A DNA stretch of 64,000 nt from Deltaproteobacteria bacterium (GCA_023382265.1 JAMCPX010000008.1:84274-148273); one strand, 5' to 3'. Shown: positions 49,107 to 60,805, counted from the stretch's first letter. Notes: generated by a model not told the origin, from the sequence alone. Translations and numbers: made by a program.

Positions 49107-49380
49107 CCGATAGTCTTAATTCAGAATTTGTTTCTCAGTAATTTCCGCCGCCCTGGAACTGCGGGCATGTGCTGTCGGTAAAGTACGAGCACGGGAAGTA
49201 CTGTGGACCTGTAGTTGTATTAACAATTTCATTGACTGTGGTACCACCATGCACAATTGTCAAGAATGTAGCCCCAAGGTTTTCGTTAAGCAGGCTTACA
49301 GACTCAACGGATTATTTTAAGACTTGACAATACAGTCTTTGTACAAATATTATTAATGTGTCATTGTAAAATAAATCATT

Positions 49381-49929
49381 ATGAACATAAAAGACATTTC
49401 AAGGGATGGATTTAAGCTTAATCTTATAAAGGATAACGCATGGTTTATGGCCATGCTGGGATTAAGGGCTGTTGAAATAGACAGCATAAATAAGGAACTC
49501 GTATCGAATCTGGATATGCACCTTGAAGATAGCGGTGTAATTGATATACACGGCAATGTGCGTGTTGATATTAATATAAAGTGCGTAAGGTGTTTAAATT
49601 TATTTCATTACATTATTGATAAGCAATTTACCGTAATGCTTGAGCCTTACAGTAACAATTTTCAATCATACCATGAATTGAAAAAGGAAGAGCTTGATAC
49701 GGAATTTTACACAAATCATGACTTTGAACCGGAGAATATCGTTTTTGAACAGGTTATGATAAGCTTATCCATGTATCCTTTATGTAAACCTGATTGTAAG
49801 GGATTATGCAGCATCTGCGGTACAAACTTAAATGAACACCAGGATCATGTATGCAAAAAGGCTGTAGAAGAGGATAATCCATTACGGATAAAATTACAAA
49901 GATTGAAATTAATAAAAGGAGCTAAATAA
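49381..49929 (+). CDS. yceD: DUF177/YceD family protein
   Basis: CVRCL and PLCKPDCKGLCSICGTNLN; upstream of rpmF. Confidence 0.88.
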   Translation: MNIKDISRDGFKLNLIKDNAWFMAMLGLRAVEIDSINKELVSNLDMHLEDSGVIDIHGNVRVDINIKCVRCLNLFHYIIDKQFTVMLEPYSNNFQSYHELKKEELDTEFYTNHDFEPENIVFEQVMISLSMYPLCKPDCKGLCSICGTNLNEHQDHVCKKAVEEDNPLRIKLQRLKLIKGAK

Positions 49930-50111
49930 TGGCACAGCCAAAAAGAAGACATTCAAAATCAAGACGGGACAAAAGAAGGGCAAATTACAAATTGGAAGCA
50001 ACAGCTCTTGTTGCCTGTCCAAGGTGCAGTCAGTTGATGAAACCTCATCATGTATGCCCCACATGTGGTTATTATGACGGAAAAGAAATAGTAGAGGTAA
50101 AAGAAATTTAA
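49929..50111 (+). CDS. rpmF: 50S ribosomal protein L32
   Basis: MAQPKRRHSKSRRDKRRA...CPRC...PHHVCPTCGYY. Confidence 0.96.
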   Translation: MAQPKRRHSKSRRDKRRANYKLEATALVACPRCSQLMKPHHVCPTCGYYDGKEIVEVKEI

Positions 50112-50116
50112 TAACT

Positions 50117-51118
50117 ATGAAAGTTGCGTTTGATGCTTTTGGAACCGACGGCTCTCCAGATACTGAGATAAAAGCGGTTAATGAGGCAATAAAACAGGGT
50201 ATCGAAGTAATACTCGTAGGAGATAAAGAAAAACTTGCATCCGTGGACTCACGGATAGAGATCGTTGATGCAAAAGAGATAATTACTATGGGTGAATCTC
50301 CCTCTCTGGTCATAAGGGGCAAGAAGGATGCTTCAATGCGTGTAGCAATAGAGCTGGTTGCAAAAGGAAGGGCTGATGCAGTGGTAAGCGCAGGGAATTC
50401 GGGGGCTATGATGGCATTATCCATGCTTATCTTAAAAAAATTACCGGGCGTTTACAGACCCGCAATAGCCGGTGTGATGCCGAGTTACAAAGGGCACACC
50501 GTATTTATAGACATGGGTGCGAATGTAGATTGTAAACCCGTTCACCTTGTTCAATTTGCTGTAATGGGCAGTGTTTATGCAGAAAAATTATTCAATATAA
50601 CTAATCCAAACATTGGTTTGCTTAGCAATGGAGAGGAAGACAGCAAGGGGAATGAGTTAACCCATCAAACGCATGAATTGTTAAAGAAAACATCTTTAAA
50701 CTACAAAGGTTACGTTGAAGGTAAAGATATATACACTGGGGATGTGGATGTTATTGTAGCAGATGGGTTTGTGGGGAATACGGTTTTAAAGGCGAGCGAA
50801 GGCGTTGCTGACATGATAACAAAAATGATAAAGGACAGCTATAAAGCATCTCCTATAAGCATACTCGGCTATCTGCTGTCCGTAGGGGCATTTAACAGAC
50901 TGAAAAAACGCATTGATTATGCCGAGTACGGCGGAGCCCCTCTCATAGGCATAAACGGGCTGTCAATAATAAGCCACGGCCGTTCAAATGTAAAAGCACT
51001 TGTCAGCTCACTTGCATTATCAAAAAGATTTTATGAAACAAGGCTCAATTATGCAATAATAGAAGAACTCAATCGCAACACCGCATTACTTAACAATATA
51101 AATGAGGAGAACCTATGA
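50117..51118 (+). CDS. plsX: Phosphate acyltransferase PlsX
   Basis: SAGNSGA, RPAIA, DMGANVD, ADGFVGN..LKASEG, YGGAPL and HGRS. Confidence 0.95.
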   Translation: MKVAFDAFGTDGSPDTEIKAVNEAIKQGIEVILVGDKEKLASVDSRIEIVDAKEIITMGESPSLVIRGKKDASMRVAIELVAKGRADAVVSAGNSGAMMALSMLILKKLPGVYRPAIAGVMPSYKGHTVFIDMGANVDCKPVHLVQFAVMGSVYAEKLFNITNPNIGLLSNGEEDSKGNELTHQTHELLKKTSLNYKGYVEGKDIYTGDVDVIVADGFVGNTVLKASEGVADMITKMIKDSYKASPISILGYLLSVGAFNRLKKRIDYAEYGGAPLIGINGLSIISHGRSNVKALVSSLALSKRFYETRLNYAIIEELNRNTALLNNINEENL

Positions 51119-52053
51119 AGATTGCATTCATTTTTCCCGGGCAAGGTTCTCAATATGTGGGAATGGGTAAATCACTTTATGATCATTTTGATATTATAAA
51201 AGATTACTATGATAAAGCAGATAAGACACTTGGATATAGCCTGAAAAATCTGATGTTCGAAGGACCTAAAGAAGAATTAACACTAACGTACAATGCGCAA
51301 CCCGCAATACTTACGATGAGTATAGCGGTTCTTGAACTTGTAAAAAGCAAAATAGCTATAGAACCACTGGTGTGTATGGGGCACAGTGTTGGAGAGTACA
51401 GCGCCCTTGTAGCAGCAGGTGCCATAAGCTTTGAAGAGGCTGTTTACGCTGTAAGAAAAAGAGGTGAAGCTATGCAAGCGGCGGTAAAACCTGGTGAAGG
51501 AACAATGGCCGCTATTATAGGAGCTGACGAACTTGCGATAAAACAGTCTTTAACCCAGGCCCAGGCATCTGTAGGCGGGATTGCAGAGATAGCAAATTAT
51601 AATAGCCCTGAACAGATAGTAATTGCGGGTAATGTTATCACTGTTGAAAAAGCTATGAGCCTATTACATGCAAAGGGTGCAAAACTGGTTAAAAAACTTG
51701 AAGTTAGCGCCCCGTTTCATTCAAGCCTTATGTCGCCTGCCGTACCTGTTATGGAAAAAGTATTACAGGATATTAGCTTTAAAAATACAAAATGTCCGGT
51801 CATCTTCAATGTTGATGCGCAGCCCCATTCATTAGCCGAGGATATGTACCCTTTGCTTTTAAAGCAGATTGCGAGTTCCGTAAGATGGACGGATACAATT
51901 TTATACGCAATAAAGCATGGTGTCGACACTTTTATTGAAATGGGACCAGGTAATGTCCTCACAATGCTTGTAAAACGTATCAACCAATCTGTAAAGTTTA
52001 TTAATGTAAACGACGAAACGACACTTGAACGATTATACGCCGCCGTACAATAA
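51115..52053 (+). CDS. fabD: Malonyl-CoA:ACP transacylase
   Basis: FPGQGSQ, GHSVGEYSAL and VSAPFHS. Confidence 0.95.
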   Translation: MKIAFIFPGQGSQYVGMGKSLYDHFDIIKDYYDKADKTLGYSLKNLMFEGPKEELTLTYNAQPAILTMSIAVLELVKSKIAIEPLVCMGHSVGEYSALVAAGAISFEEAVYAVRKRGEAMQAAVKPGEGTMAAIIGADELAIKQSLTQAQASVGGIAEIANYNSPEQIVIAGNVITVEKAMSLLHAKGAKLVKKLEVSAPFHSSLMSPAVPVMEKVLQDISFKNTKCPVIFNVDAQPHSLAEDMYPLLLKQIASSVRWTDTILYAIKHGVDTFIEMGPGNVLTMLVKRINQSVKFINVNDETTLERLYAAVQ

Positions 52054-52054
52054 T

Positions 52055-52801
52055 ATGGGATGGGATTTTTCAGATAAAATTGCGGTTGTTACCGGAGGAG
52101 CAAAGGGTATTGGTAGAGCGATAACAGAAAAATTATTGTCGTACAATACTACTGTAATAATTATTTATAATAATTCACAAGAGGATGCCGAGAATGTCTG
52201 TAAAGCTGCAGAAAATGCCGGAAGAAAAGCTTACGCAATCAGGTGTAATGTTACAAATCCTTCAGAGGTCAAAAACGCATTTGAATATATAGAAAAAACC
52301 TTTAAAAAACTCGATTTTCTTATAAACAATGCCGGTATCACAAAAGATAATCTATTAATAAGAATGAAGGATGAAGAATGGCTTGATGTCGTTTCTACAA
52401 ACCTGAACGGCGTTTTTTATTGCACAAGATCAGCGGTTAAGCTTATGTTGAGAAAGAGATACGGCAGAATAATAAACATATCATCTATTGTTGGCATATC
52501 CGGTAATCCGGGTCAGTCAAATTATGCTGCAACAAAAGCCGGGATAATAGGCTTTACAAAGGCCGCAGCAAAAGAGATGGGCGGGAAAAATATACTTGTA
52601 AATGCTATTGCGCCTGGTTATATTGAAACAGATATGGTTTCTGTTATGCCTGAAGAGTTTAAAACCATGATACTCGGGAACATACCTCTGCACAGGTACG
52701 GGACACCTGAAGATGTTGCCGGCTTAGTATGTTTTCTATTATCGGATGATGCCGGTTATATAAATGGTGCTGTTGTAGATATAAACGGTGGTATACTTTA
52801 A
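52055..52801 (+). CDS. fabG: 3-oxoacyl-ACP reductase
   Basis: [30 protein letters not shown] and APGYIET. Confidence 0.95.
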   Translation: MGWDFSDKIAVVTGGAKGIGRAITEKLLSYNTTVIIIYNNSQEDAENVCKAAENAGRKAYAIRCNVTNPSEVKNAFEYIEKTFKKLDFLINNAGITKDNLLIRMKDEEWLDVVSTNLNGVFYCTRSAVKLMLRKRYGRIINISSIVGISGNPGQSNYAATKAGIIGFTKAAAKEMGGKNILVNAIAPGYIETDMVSVMPEEFKTMILGNIPLHRYGTPEDVAGLVCFLLSDDAGYINGAVVDINGGIL

Positions 52802-52827
52802 GAAGTTTAATAAAGGAGGAAACAATT

Positions 52828-53067
52828 ATGTCATTAGAAAAAGCGGTAAGAGAACTTATTGCTGATCGGCTGAAGCTCGATCTAGAACAGGTTCAGGTGA
52901 ATGCAAGATTTATAGAGGATCTCGGGGCAGACTCTCTTGATATCGTCGAGATGATCATGCAGATGGAAGAGCTTTTTGGTGTAACGATCCCGGATGAGGA
53001 TGCAGAGAAAATCAAAACTGTAAATGATGCTATTTCTTATCTAAAAGAAAAGGGAGTGAATGCTTAA
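52828..53067 (+). CDS. acpP: Acyl carrier protein
   Basis: [11 protein letters not shown] phosphopantetheine motif. Confidence 0.96.
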   Translation: MSLEKAVRELIADRLKLDLEQVQVNARFIEDLGADSLDIVEMIMQMEELFGVTIPDEDAEKIKTVNDAISYLKEKGVNA

Positions 53068-54304
53068 AAGAAGGGTTGCTATTACAGGTATTGGTACTGT
53101 TAATCCGCTTGGTAATAGTACGAAAGAAAGCTGGTCAGAACTTATCCAGGGAAATGGGGGGATCAATATTGTATCAAGGTTTGATCCGGCAGAGTGCGAA
53201 GCAAAAATTGCCGGCGAGGTAAAAAATTTTAATCCTGAAAATTTTATTGAGAAAAGGGATATTAAAAAAATGTCTCTTTTTATTCAGTATGCAATAGCTT
53301 CTTCTTTAATGGCTTATGAAGACAGCGGTCTTACGAAAGATCATATTGATCCTGAAAGGCTCGGGGTAATTATTGGCAGCGGTATGGGTGGACTTGAAAG
53401 TATTGAGTTCTACCACCGGCTTCTATTGTCGGATGGCCCAAGAAAGGTTTCTCCATTCTTTATACCAATGACGATCGGCAATATGGCAACAGGTTACGTT
53501 GCGATAAAACTTGATGCAAGGGGCCCGAATTTATGTATTACAACTGCATGTACATCCGGTGCTCACTCTGTAGGAGAGGCGTTCAGGTATATACAGAATG
53601 GGCTTGCGGATGTGGTCTTTGCGGGTGGAGCGGAATCAACGATAACACCTCTTGCGTTCGCAGGGTTTACCAATATGAAGGCATTATCAACAAAAAATGA
53701 TAATCCCGAAAAGGCTTCAATGCCGTTTGATAATGAACGCGATGGATTTATTCTGGCAGAGGGCGCAGGAATACTTGTGCTGGAGGAATATGAGCATGCA
53801 AGGTCGAGGAATGCAAGGATCTACGCAGAGATAATTGGATATGGAGCAAATGGAGATGCGTACCATATTACCGCGCCTTCTCCTGAAGGCAAAGGAGCAA
53901 CCGATTGCATGAAGCTTGCAATAAGTAATGCCGGTATAAAGCCGGAAGAGATTGATTACATAAATGCTCACGGCACTTCTACAAAATACAATGACCTTTA
54001 TGAGACAAAGGCAATTAAAACCGTATTCGGTGAGCATGCATATAAATTAGCTGTTAGTTCTACAAAAGGTGCTACCGGACATTTGCTCGGTGCAGCAGGC
54101 GGTGTTGAAGCCATATTTACGGTACTTGCAATTTATCATAAGATTGTCCCGCCTACAATAAACTACTCAACTCCAGATCCGGAATGTGACCTTAACTATG
54201 TCCCAAATAATGCAATAGAAAAGGAAATCAGATTTGCCCTTTCAAACTCTTTTGGTTTTGGCGGGACAAATGGTGTATTATTATTTAAGAGGGTAGAGGA
54301 TTGA
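53060..54304 (+). CDS. fabF: Beta-ketoacyl-ACP synthase II
   Basis: [27 protein letters not shown] and [10 protein letters not shown]. Confidence 0.95.
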   Translation: MLKRRVAITGIGTVNPLGNSTKESWSELIQGNGGINIVSRFDPAECEAKIAGEVKNFNPENFIEKRDIKKMSLFIQYAIASSLMAYEDSGLTKDHIDPERLGVIIGSGMGGLESIEFYHRLLLSDGPRKVSPFFIPMTIGNMATGYVAIKLDARGPNLCITTACTSGAHSVGEAFRYIQNGLADVVFAGGAESTITPLAFAGFTNMKALSTKNDNPEKASMPFDNERDGFILAEGAGILVLEEYEHARSRNARIYAEIIGYGANGDAYHITAPSPEGKGATDCMKLAISNAGIKPEEIDYINAHGTSTKYNDLYETKAIKTVFGEHAYKLAVSSTKGATGHLLGAAGGVEAIFTVLAIYHKIVPPTINYSTPDPECDLNYVPNNAIEKEIRFALSNSFGFGGTNGVLLFKRVED

Positions 54305-54771
54305 AGATTGCAATCGCATCAGACCATGCGGGATTTTCTTTAAAACAGGAGATTTTCAGGTTTTTAACAGAAAAACATATAGAGGTGAAGGATCTCGGTA
54401 CATTCACAGAATCATCCGTTGATTATCCAGATTATGCATTAAAGGTAGCAGAATCTATTTTTGCAAACGAGGCGGAGAAAGGGATACTCATTTGTGGAAC
54501 AGGCATTGGCATGTCCATTGCCGCAAACAAGTATCCCCATATTATTGCAGCGCTTGTTTACAGTACTTATACTGCTGAAATGGCGGCAAGGCATAACAAT
54601 GCAAATGTAATCACGCTGGGTGGAAGAACAATGGATAAAAAGGATGCATTAAAATGCGTAGATATCTGGCTTAATACACCATTTGAACATGGCAGGCACG
54701 AAACCAGGATTAACAAGATCCTCAATAGTAAAACAAACAAGAAAGGAGATGGATCTTATGGAACACCTTAA
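54301..54771 (+). CDS. rpiB: Ribose-5-phosphate isomerase B
   Basis: [25 protein letters not shown] and HNNAN. Confidence 0.94.
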   Translation: MKIAIASDHAGFSLKQEIFRFLTEKHIEVKDLGTFTESSVDYPDYALKVAESIFANEAEKGILICGTGIGMSIAANKYPHIIAALVYSTYTAEMAARHNNANVITLGGRTMDKKDALKCVDIWLNTPFEHGRHETRINKILNSKTNKKGDGSYGTP

Positions 54772-56002
54772 ACATACAGACGTAGATGTGTATAACGCCA
54801 TTTTAAAGGAAATAAAGAGACAGCAAAATACACTTGAGCTTATCGCCTCTGAAAATATTGTAAGCAGAGCAGTGCTTGAGGCAATGGGTAGCGTTATGAC
54901 AAACAAGTACGCAGAAGGCTATCCCGGGAAAAGATACTATGGGGGCTGCGAAAACATGGATACAGTAGAGCAGCTTGCAATAGACAGGGCAAAAGAGCTT
55001 TTCAAGGCGGACTATGTTAATGTTCAACCCCACTCAGGTGCACAGGCAAACATGTCTGTGTATTTTGCCTTTCTTAATCCCGGGGATACCATTATGGGTA
55101 TGAACCTGGCGCACGGCGGACATCTTACTCATGGTAGTCCTGTAAACTTCTCGGGCAGGTTTTACAAGGTTATACCGTATGGGGTAAGAAAGGATACGAG
55201 AACAATCGATTACGATGAACTTGAAAAGCTTGCGATGGAGCACAGGCCAAAGATGCTCATCGCCGGTGCATCGGCATATCCAAGGACAATAGATTTCGAA
55301 AGATTCTCAAAGATAGCCAAGTTCTGCAATGCATATCTCATGGTTGATATGGCACACATCGCAGGACTTGTTGCAACGGGCCTACACCCGAGTCCTGTAC
55401 CATGGTCTGATTTTGTTACAACTACTACCCATAAGACACTGAGAGGCCCTCGTGGAGGGGTTGTTATGTCTAAATCGGAGCACGAAAAACAGATCAGATC
55501 TCAGGTGTTCCCCGGCATGCAGGGCGGCCCGCTTATGCATGTCATTGCTGCAAAAGCAGTATCATTCAAAGAAGCGATGTCGGAAGGGTTTAAACAGTAC
55601 CAGAAGCAGGTTGTTAAGAATGCAAAACTGTTTGCAGAAGAACTACTTAAAAGAGGCTATGATATTGTATCGGGAGGTACCGACACACATCTGTTTCTTG
55701 TTGATCTTACATCAAGAGGCATAACAGGCAAGGATGCTGAACATACGCTTGAGATAGCAGGTATTACGGTAAACAAGAATGCGGTACCTTATGACGAAAA
55801 ACCGCCTGCAGTAACAAGCGGATTGAGAATCGGAACGCCTGCAATAACATCAAGGGGTATGAAGGAGCCTGAAATATTATTAATCGCAGAGTATATTGAT
55901 GAGGCTTTAAAGAATAAAGATAACAATACAAGACTTGAGGAGATAAAACAAAGGGTTGTAAAATTGTGCGGTAATTTCCCGATATATGAAGATTTAGTCT
56001 AA
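54758..56002 (+). CDS. glyA: Serine hydroxymethyltransferase
   Basis: [29 protein letters not shown] and [13 protein letters not shown]. Confidence 0.97.
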   Translation: MEHLKHTDVDVYNAILKEIKRQQNTLELIASENIVSRAVLEAMGSVMTNKYAEGYPGKRYYGGCENMDTVEQLAIDRAKELFKADYVNVQPHSGAQANMSVYFAFLNPGDTIMGMNLAHGGHLTHGSPVNFSGRFYKVIPYGVRKDTRTIDYDELEKLAMEHRPKMLIAGASAYPRTIDFERFSKIAKFCNAYLMVDMAHIAGLVATGLHPSPVPWSDFVTTTTHKTLRGPRGGVVMSKSEHEKQIRSQVFPGMQGGPLMHVIAAKAVSFKEAMSEGFKQYQKQVVKNAKLFAEELLKRGYDIVSGGTDTHLFLVDLTSRGITGKDAEHTLEIAGITVNKNAVPYDEKPPAVTSGLRIGTPAITSRGMKEPEILLIAEYIDEALKNKDNNTRLEEIKQRVVKLCGNFPIYEDLV

Positions 56003-56007
56003 CAATT

Positions 56008-56490
56008 ATGAAATGCCCGAAATGCGATTATCTTGATACTGCTGTTATAGATTCACGCATGACAAAAGACGGCTCTTCTATTAGAAGACGGAGAGAATGC
56101 CCGAAGTGTAATACACGGTTTACAACTTATGAAAGAATGGAGACTGCTGCGTCTCTTATGGTGATAAAAAAGGACAATAGAAGAGAGGTATTTGACAGGC
56201 AAAAGATCAAGCAGGGTATAATAAAGGCATGCGAGAAAAGACCTATAAGCATGGACACCATTGATAAGATTGTAGAAAGGATTGTAAAAAAGTATGAAGA
56301 CGCTCCTGAAAAAGAGTTCGCCTCGACCCGTATAGGTGAAGATATAATGATGGAGCTTAAAGAGCTTGATAAGGTTGCTTATGTTAGGTTTGCTTCTGTG
56401 TACAGGGAGTTTAATGACATAAGTGAATTCATGGATGAATTGGAGAGTCTGTTGAAAACAAAGTTAAAGAAACCTGCCAACAAGAAGTAA
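56008..56490 (+). CDS. nrdR: Transcriptional repressor NrdR
   Basis: MKCPKC, IRRRRECPKC..RFTTYE, ATP cone and VAYVRFASVY. Confidence 0.96.
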   Translation: MKCPKCDYLDTAVIDSRMTKDGSSIRRRRECPKCNTRFTTYERMETAASLMVIKKDNRREVFDRQKIKQGIIKACEKRPISMDTIDKIVERIVKKYEDAPEKEFASTRIGEDIMMELKELDKVAYVRFASVYREFNDISEFMDELESLLKTKLKKPANKK

Positions 56491-56518
56491 AATACCCCTT
56501 TCTTGTTAAAAAACAATT

Positions 56519-56926
56519 CTATCCGGCTTTTGTATCTATTGCAAAGTTTGCGAGTTTGTCTGCCTCACGATTCAATTCTCTTGGTATATGTTTTACTGTT
56601 ATACTATCAAAATTGACCATAAGCCCCAGGTATACCCTGAATAACTTTTTTAGGTTTGTATCCTTTACAGCGTAATCACCGTTTACCTGTGAGACAAGCA
56701 GCTGGGAGTCGGACAGAATCTTTACTTTTTTAATATGTAATTCTATAAGCTTTTCAAGTGCAAATAGAAGGGCATTATATTCAGCCACATTGTTTGTTGC
56801 ATGGCCCAGATATTTACTGAAACGCATTGGCTCCTTTTCTACACCATAGACGACAACACCACATCCCGCGTCTCCAGGATTGCCCCTTGATGCTCCATCG
56901 ATATATACTACTATCCCGCTATCCAT
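56519..56926 (-). CDS. Ribonuclease HI family protein
   Basis: DGASRGNPG, TNNVAEY, DSQL and HIPRELNREADKLAN. Confidence 0.9.
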   Translation of the reverse strand: MDSGIVVYIDGASRGNPGDAGCGVVVYGVEKEPMRFSKYLGHATNNVAEYNALLFALEKLIELHIKKVKILSDSQLLVSQVNGDYAVKDTNLKKLFRVYLGLMVNFDSITVKHIPRELNREADKLANFAIDTKAG

Positions 56927-57806
56927 TATCCAGCATTACCTGTTTTATTAATGCCTCCACCGAGAGTTCAATAACATCCTGTTTATACATTGTCATCTCA
57001 TTCTTGTAACTCAATTCCATAAGCCATGCCTTTATCGCACCCTTATCCTTACCATCGTGTATTTGTTTCTGTATTTTCTCTTTTATAGAATAGGCTGTGT
57101 CTATGGATTCTCTTATACGATTTAATGCCTCGTTACCTTTAAAATAGGTTGTATGACCGAGTCCTATTATATCAGGCCGCATTGATTCTATAAGCTTTAA
57201 TGATTGCACGTATTGCTTAAAGCCAAAAAAGAATAAAGGCATATTGCTGTTATCCGAATAGTAAAATCCCGCTGAATCAGATATGAGCATAGTACCTTCT
57301 GATTTTATGAATAAAGATAAAATGCCAGATGTGTGGCCGGGGGTTGCAATTGCCTTTATATCTTTATTAATGATCGTATCTCCATTATTGATCTCTGACG
57401 TTACCTTAAATCCTTCATCGGAGACATCAAAGGTTGTTTCTCCAAGCCCCCTGTACACATCAACAAAATGCCTGTCCTCTATCATGAAATTTTGTATTAC
57501 CTGTTGTTTCAAAAGCCGTTCTTTTGTTTTGGTTGATGAAAGCACAAAAGCCCTGTTAAAATGCTTGGCCAAATGAGGTAAACCTGTTGTGTGATCTGCA
57601 TGCTCGTGAGATATAACGATATATCCTATGTCTTCTTTTTTGATATTAAGTGCATTAATCTGATCAAAGATTTTTTTTGATGTAGCTGTTACACCTGCTT
57701 CAAAAATGATATAGGTATCATCTGCCTTTATAAGATAGGAAATAAACCTGCTATCCCCTAACGCATAAACCCAGTCGTTTAGTTTAAAAGGAAAACATTG
57801 TTTCAT
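56919..57806 (-). CDS. Metallo-beta-lactamase fold hydrolase
   Basis: SHEHADHT, TPGHT, ISDS and GH. Confidence 0.85.
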   Translation of the reverse strand: MKQCFPFKLNDWVYALGDSRFISYLIKADDTYIIFEAGVTATSKKIFDQINALNIKKEDIGYIVISHEHADHTTGLPHLAKHFNRAFVLSSTKTKERLLKQQVIQNFMIEDRHFVDVYRGLGETTFDVSDEGFKVTSEINNGDTIINKDIKAIATPGHTSGILSLFIKSEGTMLISDSAGFYYSDNSNMPLFFFGFKQYVQSLKLIESMRPDIIGLGHTTYFKGNEALNRIRESIDTAYSIKEKIQKQIHDGKDKGAIKAWLMELSYKNEMTMYKQDVIELSVEALIKQVMLDNG

Positions 57807-57892
57807 CAGGATATGTTTAAAAAGTATAGCAAAAATAGTCAAGAGTTAACTCAAAAAAAGTAGTAAAAAGTTTTAGGTACAATTTTCCATTT

Positions 57893-57914
57893 TCCTCGCA
57901 GCATGCTGCGAGGA
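57893..57914. repeat. Perfect 22-bp palindrome (REP-like)
   Basis: TCCTCGCAGCATGCTGCGAGGA. Confidence 0.65.
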
Positions 57915-57941
57915 GTAAATAGAGCGTGATACCTTTGTTAG

Positions 57942-58017
57942 CTGTCATTCATGCGAAAGTAGAAATCCAGTTCTTTTGCCTTGCTTTTCTGGATTCTCAT
58001 TTACACATGAATGACAG
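57942..58017. repeat. Long imperfect inverted repeat (GTCATT...AATCCAG/CTGGATT...AATGAC type)
   Basis: CTGTCATTCATG...AATCCAG-spacer-CTGGATT...CATGAATGACAG. Confidence 0.65.
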
Positions 58018-58070
58018 GCAAGCAGTAAACTTGTAGGTTTCGGTCTTACGTTAACAAATAAAAGTTACAG

Positions 58071-58826
58071 CTATTTTTTATTCTTTATAGAATCCAATAA
58101 CTTCTGTGCAAGCGGTTTGTCAAACATAGCCCAATCCGCTCGGAATGTGGGAGTTGTAAAAGTTAACACCTTATTAAGGATCTCTCTGGCTTGATCATAT
58201 TTATCATCTTTTATATAAACCTTTCCCATTATGGCCATGGAGAGAGTAAAGTTTGGATCAACCTTTAAGGATCTGTTCAGGTAATCAAGTGCCTTTGAAT
58301 CACTGCCTCCTGCTATCCACGGAAGTTCGTAGTACATCTCGCCGTAAGCCTCAAGTACATTGTAATTGTTTTTATCAAGTGCATAAGCCTTACCAAGATA
58401 CTTCTTAAAATCCGGAAGCATGAATAATGAATTTATCACACCTTTATACTGGCTTATTCTTCCGATATTTGCAGCACACCAGAAATAACCCTGAGCGCCT
58501 TTTGGATTTAATGCTATTGCTTTCTTTGCAGCAGCCTCACCGGCTTGATAGTCCTTTAGTGTATTCGTATGGGTCAGCTTTGATTGATCCCCCAATGTTA
58601 AATAAGCCTTCGACAGCATGTTGTAGGCTTTGTACTGGATCTGAGGTGCATCGTTCTCCATTATGATCTGATTATACATGTCAATAGATTTCTGGATATT
58701 TGTTATATCCTTGTCATAATCATTGAATACCTTATTTGCATCTTCGAGTGTGAGTGCATAGGCGCTTACCGATAAAGCGAATGTTAGAGCCACAGTCAGA
58801 ATTGTTAAAATCTTTAATTTAAACAT
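58071..58826 (-). CDS. Secreted TPR-repeat protein
   Basis: Signal peptide ending AYA; TPR-like AKKAIALNPK...YFW and SLKVDPNF; ELPWIAGG. Confidence 0.75.
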   Translation of the reverse strand: MFKLKILTILTVALTFALSVSAYALTLEDANKVFNDYDKDITNIQKSIDMYNQIIMENDAPQIQYKAYNMLSKAYLTLGDQSKLTHTNTLKDYQAGEAAAKKAIALNPKGAQGYFWCAANIGRISQYKGVINSLFMLPDFKKYLGKAYALDKNNYNVLEAYGEMYYELPWIAGGSDSKALDYLNRSLKVDPNFTLSMAIMGKVYIKDDKYDQAREILNKVLTFTTPTFRADWAMFDKPLAQKLLDSIKNKK

Positions 58827-58936
58827 ATTTCCTCCTTTTATGTATTATTGATTTTATATATCCCAATACATTTGATTAATCAAGGATTCGTATTGTTACA
58901 TAACAACAATCTATAAACCCCGCAATCTCTAATATA

Positions 58937-59761
58937 CTATGATTTGTTTAAAAGATCTTTTACGGCTATACTAAAACCGGCTGGACCTATCGCGTTAATC
59001 TTTTGTACTGCTAACTTAAAATGGGTAAATGTATTATCGGGCTTTTTTACTGCATAAGGTATCATAACATTAGCAAGCATAGGCTCATCGTTTTTGCCTT
59101 CACCTATACCAACGGTTGTTAGATTATTATGTGTGTTTTTGTAAATAGAAATCAGTTTACTTACGCCTTCTCCCTTGTCGGTATTACCCATAAGATGATA
59201 AAACCTTGTACCAGCATAGACCTTTAGGCCATTGTCATATGCAACTTTTGTTATGCTTTCTATTACATCCTTTTTTTTTACAAGAAACGGTTCATCATAC
59301 AACCTCTGTTTAGCCATGCCTGCAAGATACTCGCTAAGGTTCAGGTACTTTGCAACATCACGTACAGACATATCACCAAACCCCACAATATTATCGCCGG
59401 ATTCTTTTTTCATCTCTGCAAAAACCTGTCTGATCTTCTTATAATCGGTTCCAAGTTCTATGGTTACATAGCCGCCAAATTCCTTATACTGTTTGTAGGG
59501 CTTGAGCGGTTTAAACTGTTTAAATTGTTCTACCGGTATATAAATTGCGCCCCCGTTTTCGACAATAAACGGATCAACGTTATTCGTTTGTTTTCTGAAG
59601 TACAAAACTTCTGTGTAGGATTTACTCGTACAAAAGATGAGGGGTATATCATACTTTTTCAGAAGTTCAATTCCGTTTGCAGAGGCTTTTGGAGAGTAAG
59701 TATTATAGTCAAGCAGTGTTCCGTCAAGATCGGTAAAAACGATCAAAAATCTTTTAGGCAT
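58937..59761 (-). CDS. Mannosyl-3-phosphoglycerate phosphatase-like HAD-IIB hydrolase
   Basis: FTDLDGTLLD, CTSKS, PFIVENGG, R.YDEPF, RFYHL..TDKG and GPAG. Confidence 0.85.
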   Translation of the reverse strand: MPKRFLIVFTDLDGTLLDYNTYSPKASANGIELLKKYDIPLIFCTSKSYTEVLYFRKQTNNVDPFIVENGGAIYIPVEQFKQFKPLKPYKQYKEFGGYVTIELGTDYKKIRQVFAEMKKESGDNIVGFGDMSVRDVAKYLNLSEYLAGMAKQRLYDEPFLVKKKDVIESITKVAYDNGLKVYAGTRFYHLMGNTDKGEGVSKLISIYKNTHNNLTTVGIGEGKNDEPMLANVMIPYAVKKPDNTFTHFKLAVQKINAIGPAGFSIAVKDLLNKS

Positions 59762-59764
59762 TGT

Positions 59765-60805
59765 TTATACTATATCCCATGGTTTTGGTAAAAAAATACT
59801 ATTATACTTGGCAAGCGCATATCTGTCTGTCATACCGGATATAAAATCGGTGATCCGTTTTTCAAGAGGATCCTTTATAACATAAAAACCCGCTTCTTTC
59901 TCAAACAGTGACGGATTATCTTTATAATAATAAAATAATTGTGTCAGTATGTGCTCGCATTTCTCTAACTCTTTATGCACAACATCACTCTCGTACACAT
60001 GTTCGTATAAAAAGTCCCGGAGCATATTAAGTGAGTCCATGACATCATTCTCTATAGAGATCGTTTCATAGTCGATTGCCGATGTTGCAGAAATCACACT
60101 TTTTACCATTGAATCGATGCGTTTTGAATATGTGTTACCCAGTATTTTAACGGCTTTTCCAGGCAGATTGCTTTCTGTTATAACACCCGCCCTTATCGCA
60201 TCATCTATATCGTGGTTTACATAGGCAATAATATCTGCAAGCCTTACAATTCTGCCTTCAAGCGTTACCGCGGTGCAGTCAGAAGAGCTTGACATAATCG
60301 GTCCCTTGCCTTTTGAATGTTTTGATATCCCATCCCTCACTTCAAACGATAGGTTTAGACCTTTACCGTTCCTTTCGAGGACATCGACCACCCTGAGACT
60401 TTGAATATAATGTTTAAACCCTTTAGGGTTTAACTTATTCAAAACGAGTTCGCCAGCATGACCAAATGGTGTATGTCCAAGATCGTGGCCTAGCCCTATT
60501 GCTTCGGTGAGTTCCTCATTAAGTCTTAATGACCTGGAGATCGTTCTTGCTATCTGGGTAACCTCAAGTGTATGTGTAAGCCTTGTTCTGTAGTGATCCC
60601 CTTTTGGCAGGAGCAGTACCTGCGTTTTATACATAAGCCTTCTGAACGACTTGCTGTGCAAAATGCGATCCCTGTCATGCTGGAATATGGGTCTTATGGC
60701 ACATGGCTTTTCCCTCCTGACTCTGCCTTTTGAGTTTACACTAAGCATGGCCACTGGGTGCAGAGTTTGTTTTTCCTGCTGTTCTAACATTTCTCTGATA
60801 AGCAT
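59765..60805 (-). CDS. dgt: Deoxyguanosinetriphosphate triphosphohydrolase-like HD protein
   Basis: [41 protein letters not shown] and DFISGMTD. Confidence 0.92.
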   Translation of the reverse strand: MLIREMLEQQEKQTLHPVAMLSVNSKGRVRREKPCAIRPIFQHDRDRILHSKSFRRLMYKTQVLLLPKGDHYRTRLTHTLEVTQIARTISRSLRLNEELTEAIGLGHDLGHTPFGHAGELVLNKLNPKGFKHYIQSLRVVDVLERNGKGLNLSFEVRDGISKHSKGKGPIMSSSSDCTAVTLEGRIVRLADIIAYVNHDIDDAIRAGVITESNLPGKAVKILGNTYSKRIDSMVKSVISATSAIDYETISIENDVMDSLNMLRDFLYEHVYESDVVHKELEKCEHILTQLFYYYKDNPSLFEKEAGFYVIKDPLEKRITDFISGMTDRYALAKYNSIFLPKPWDIV

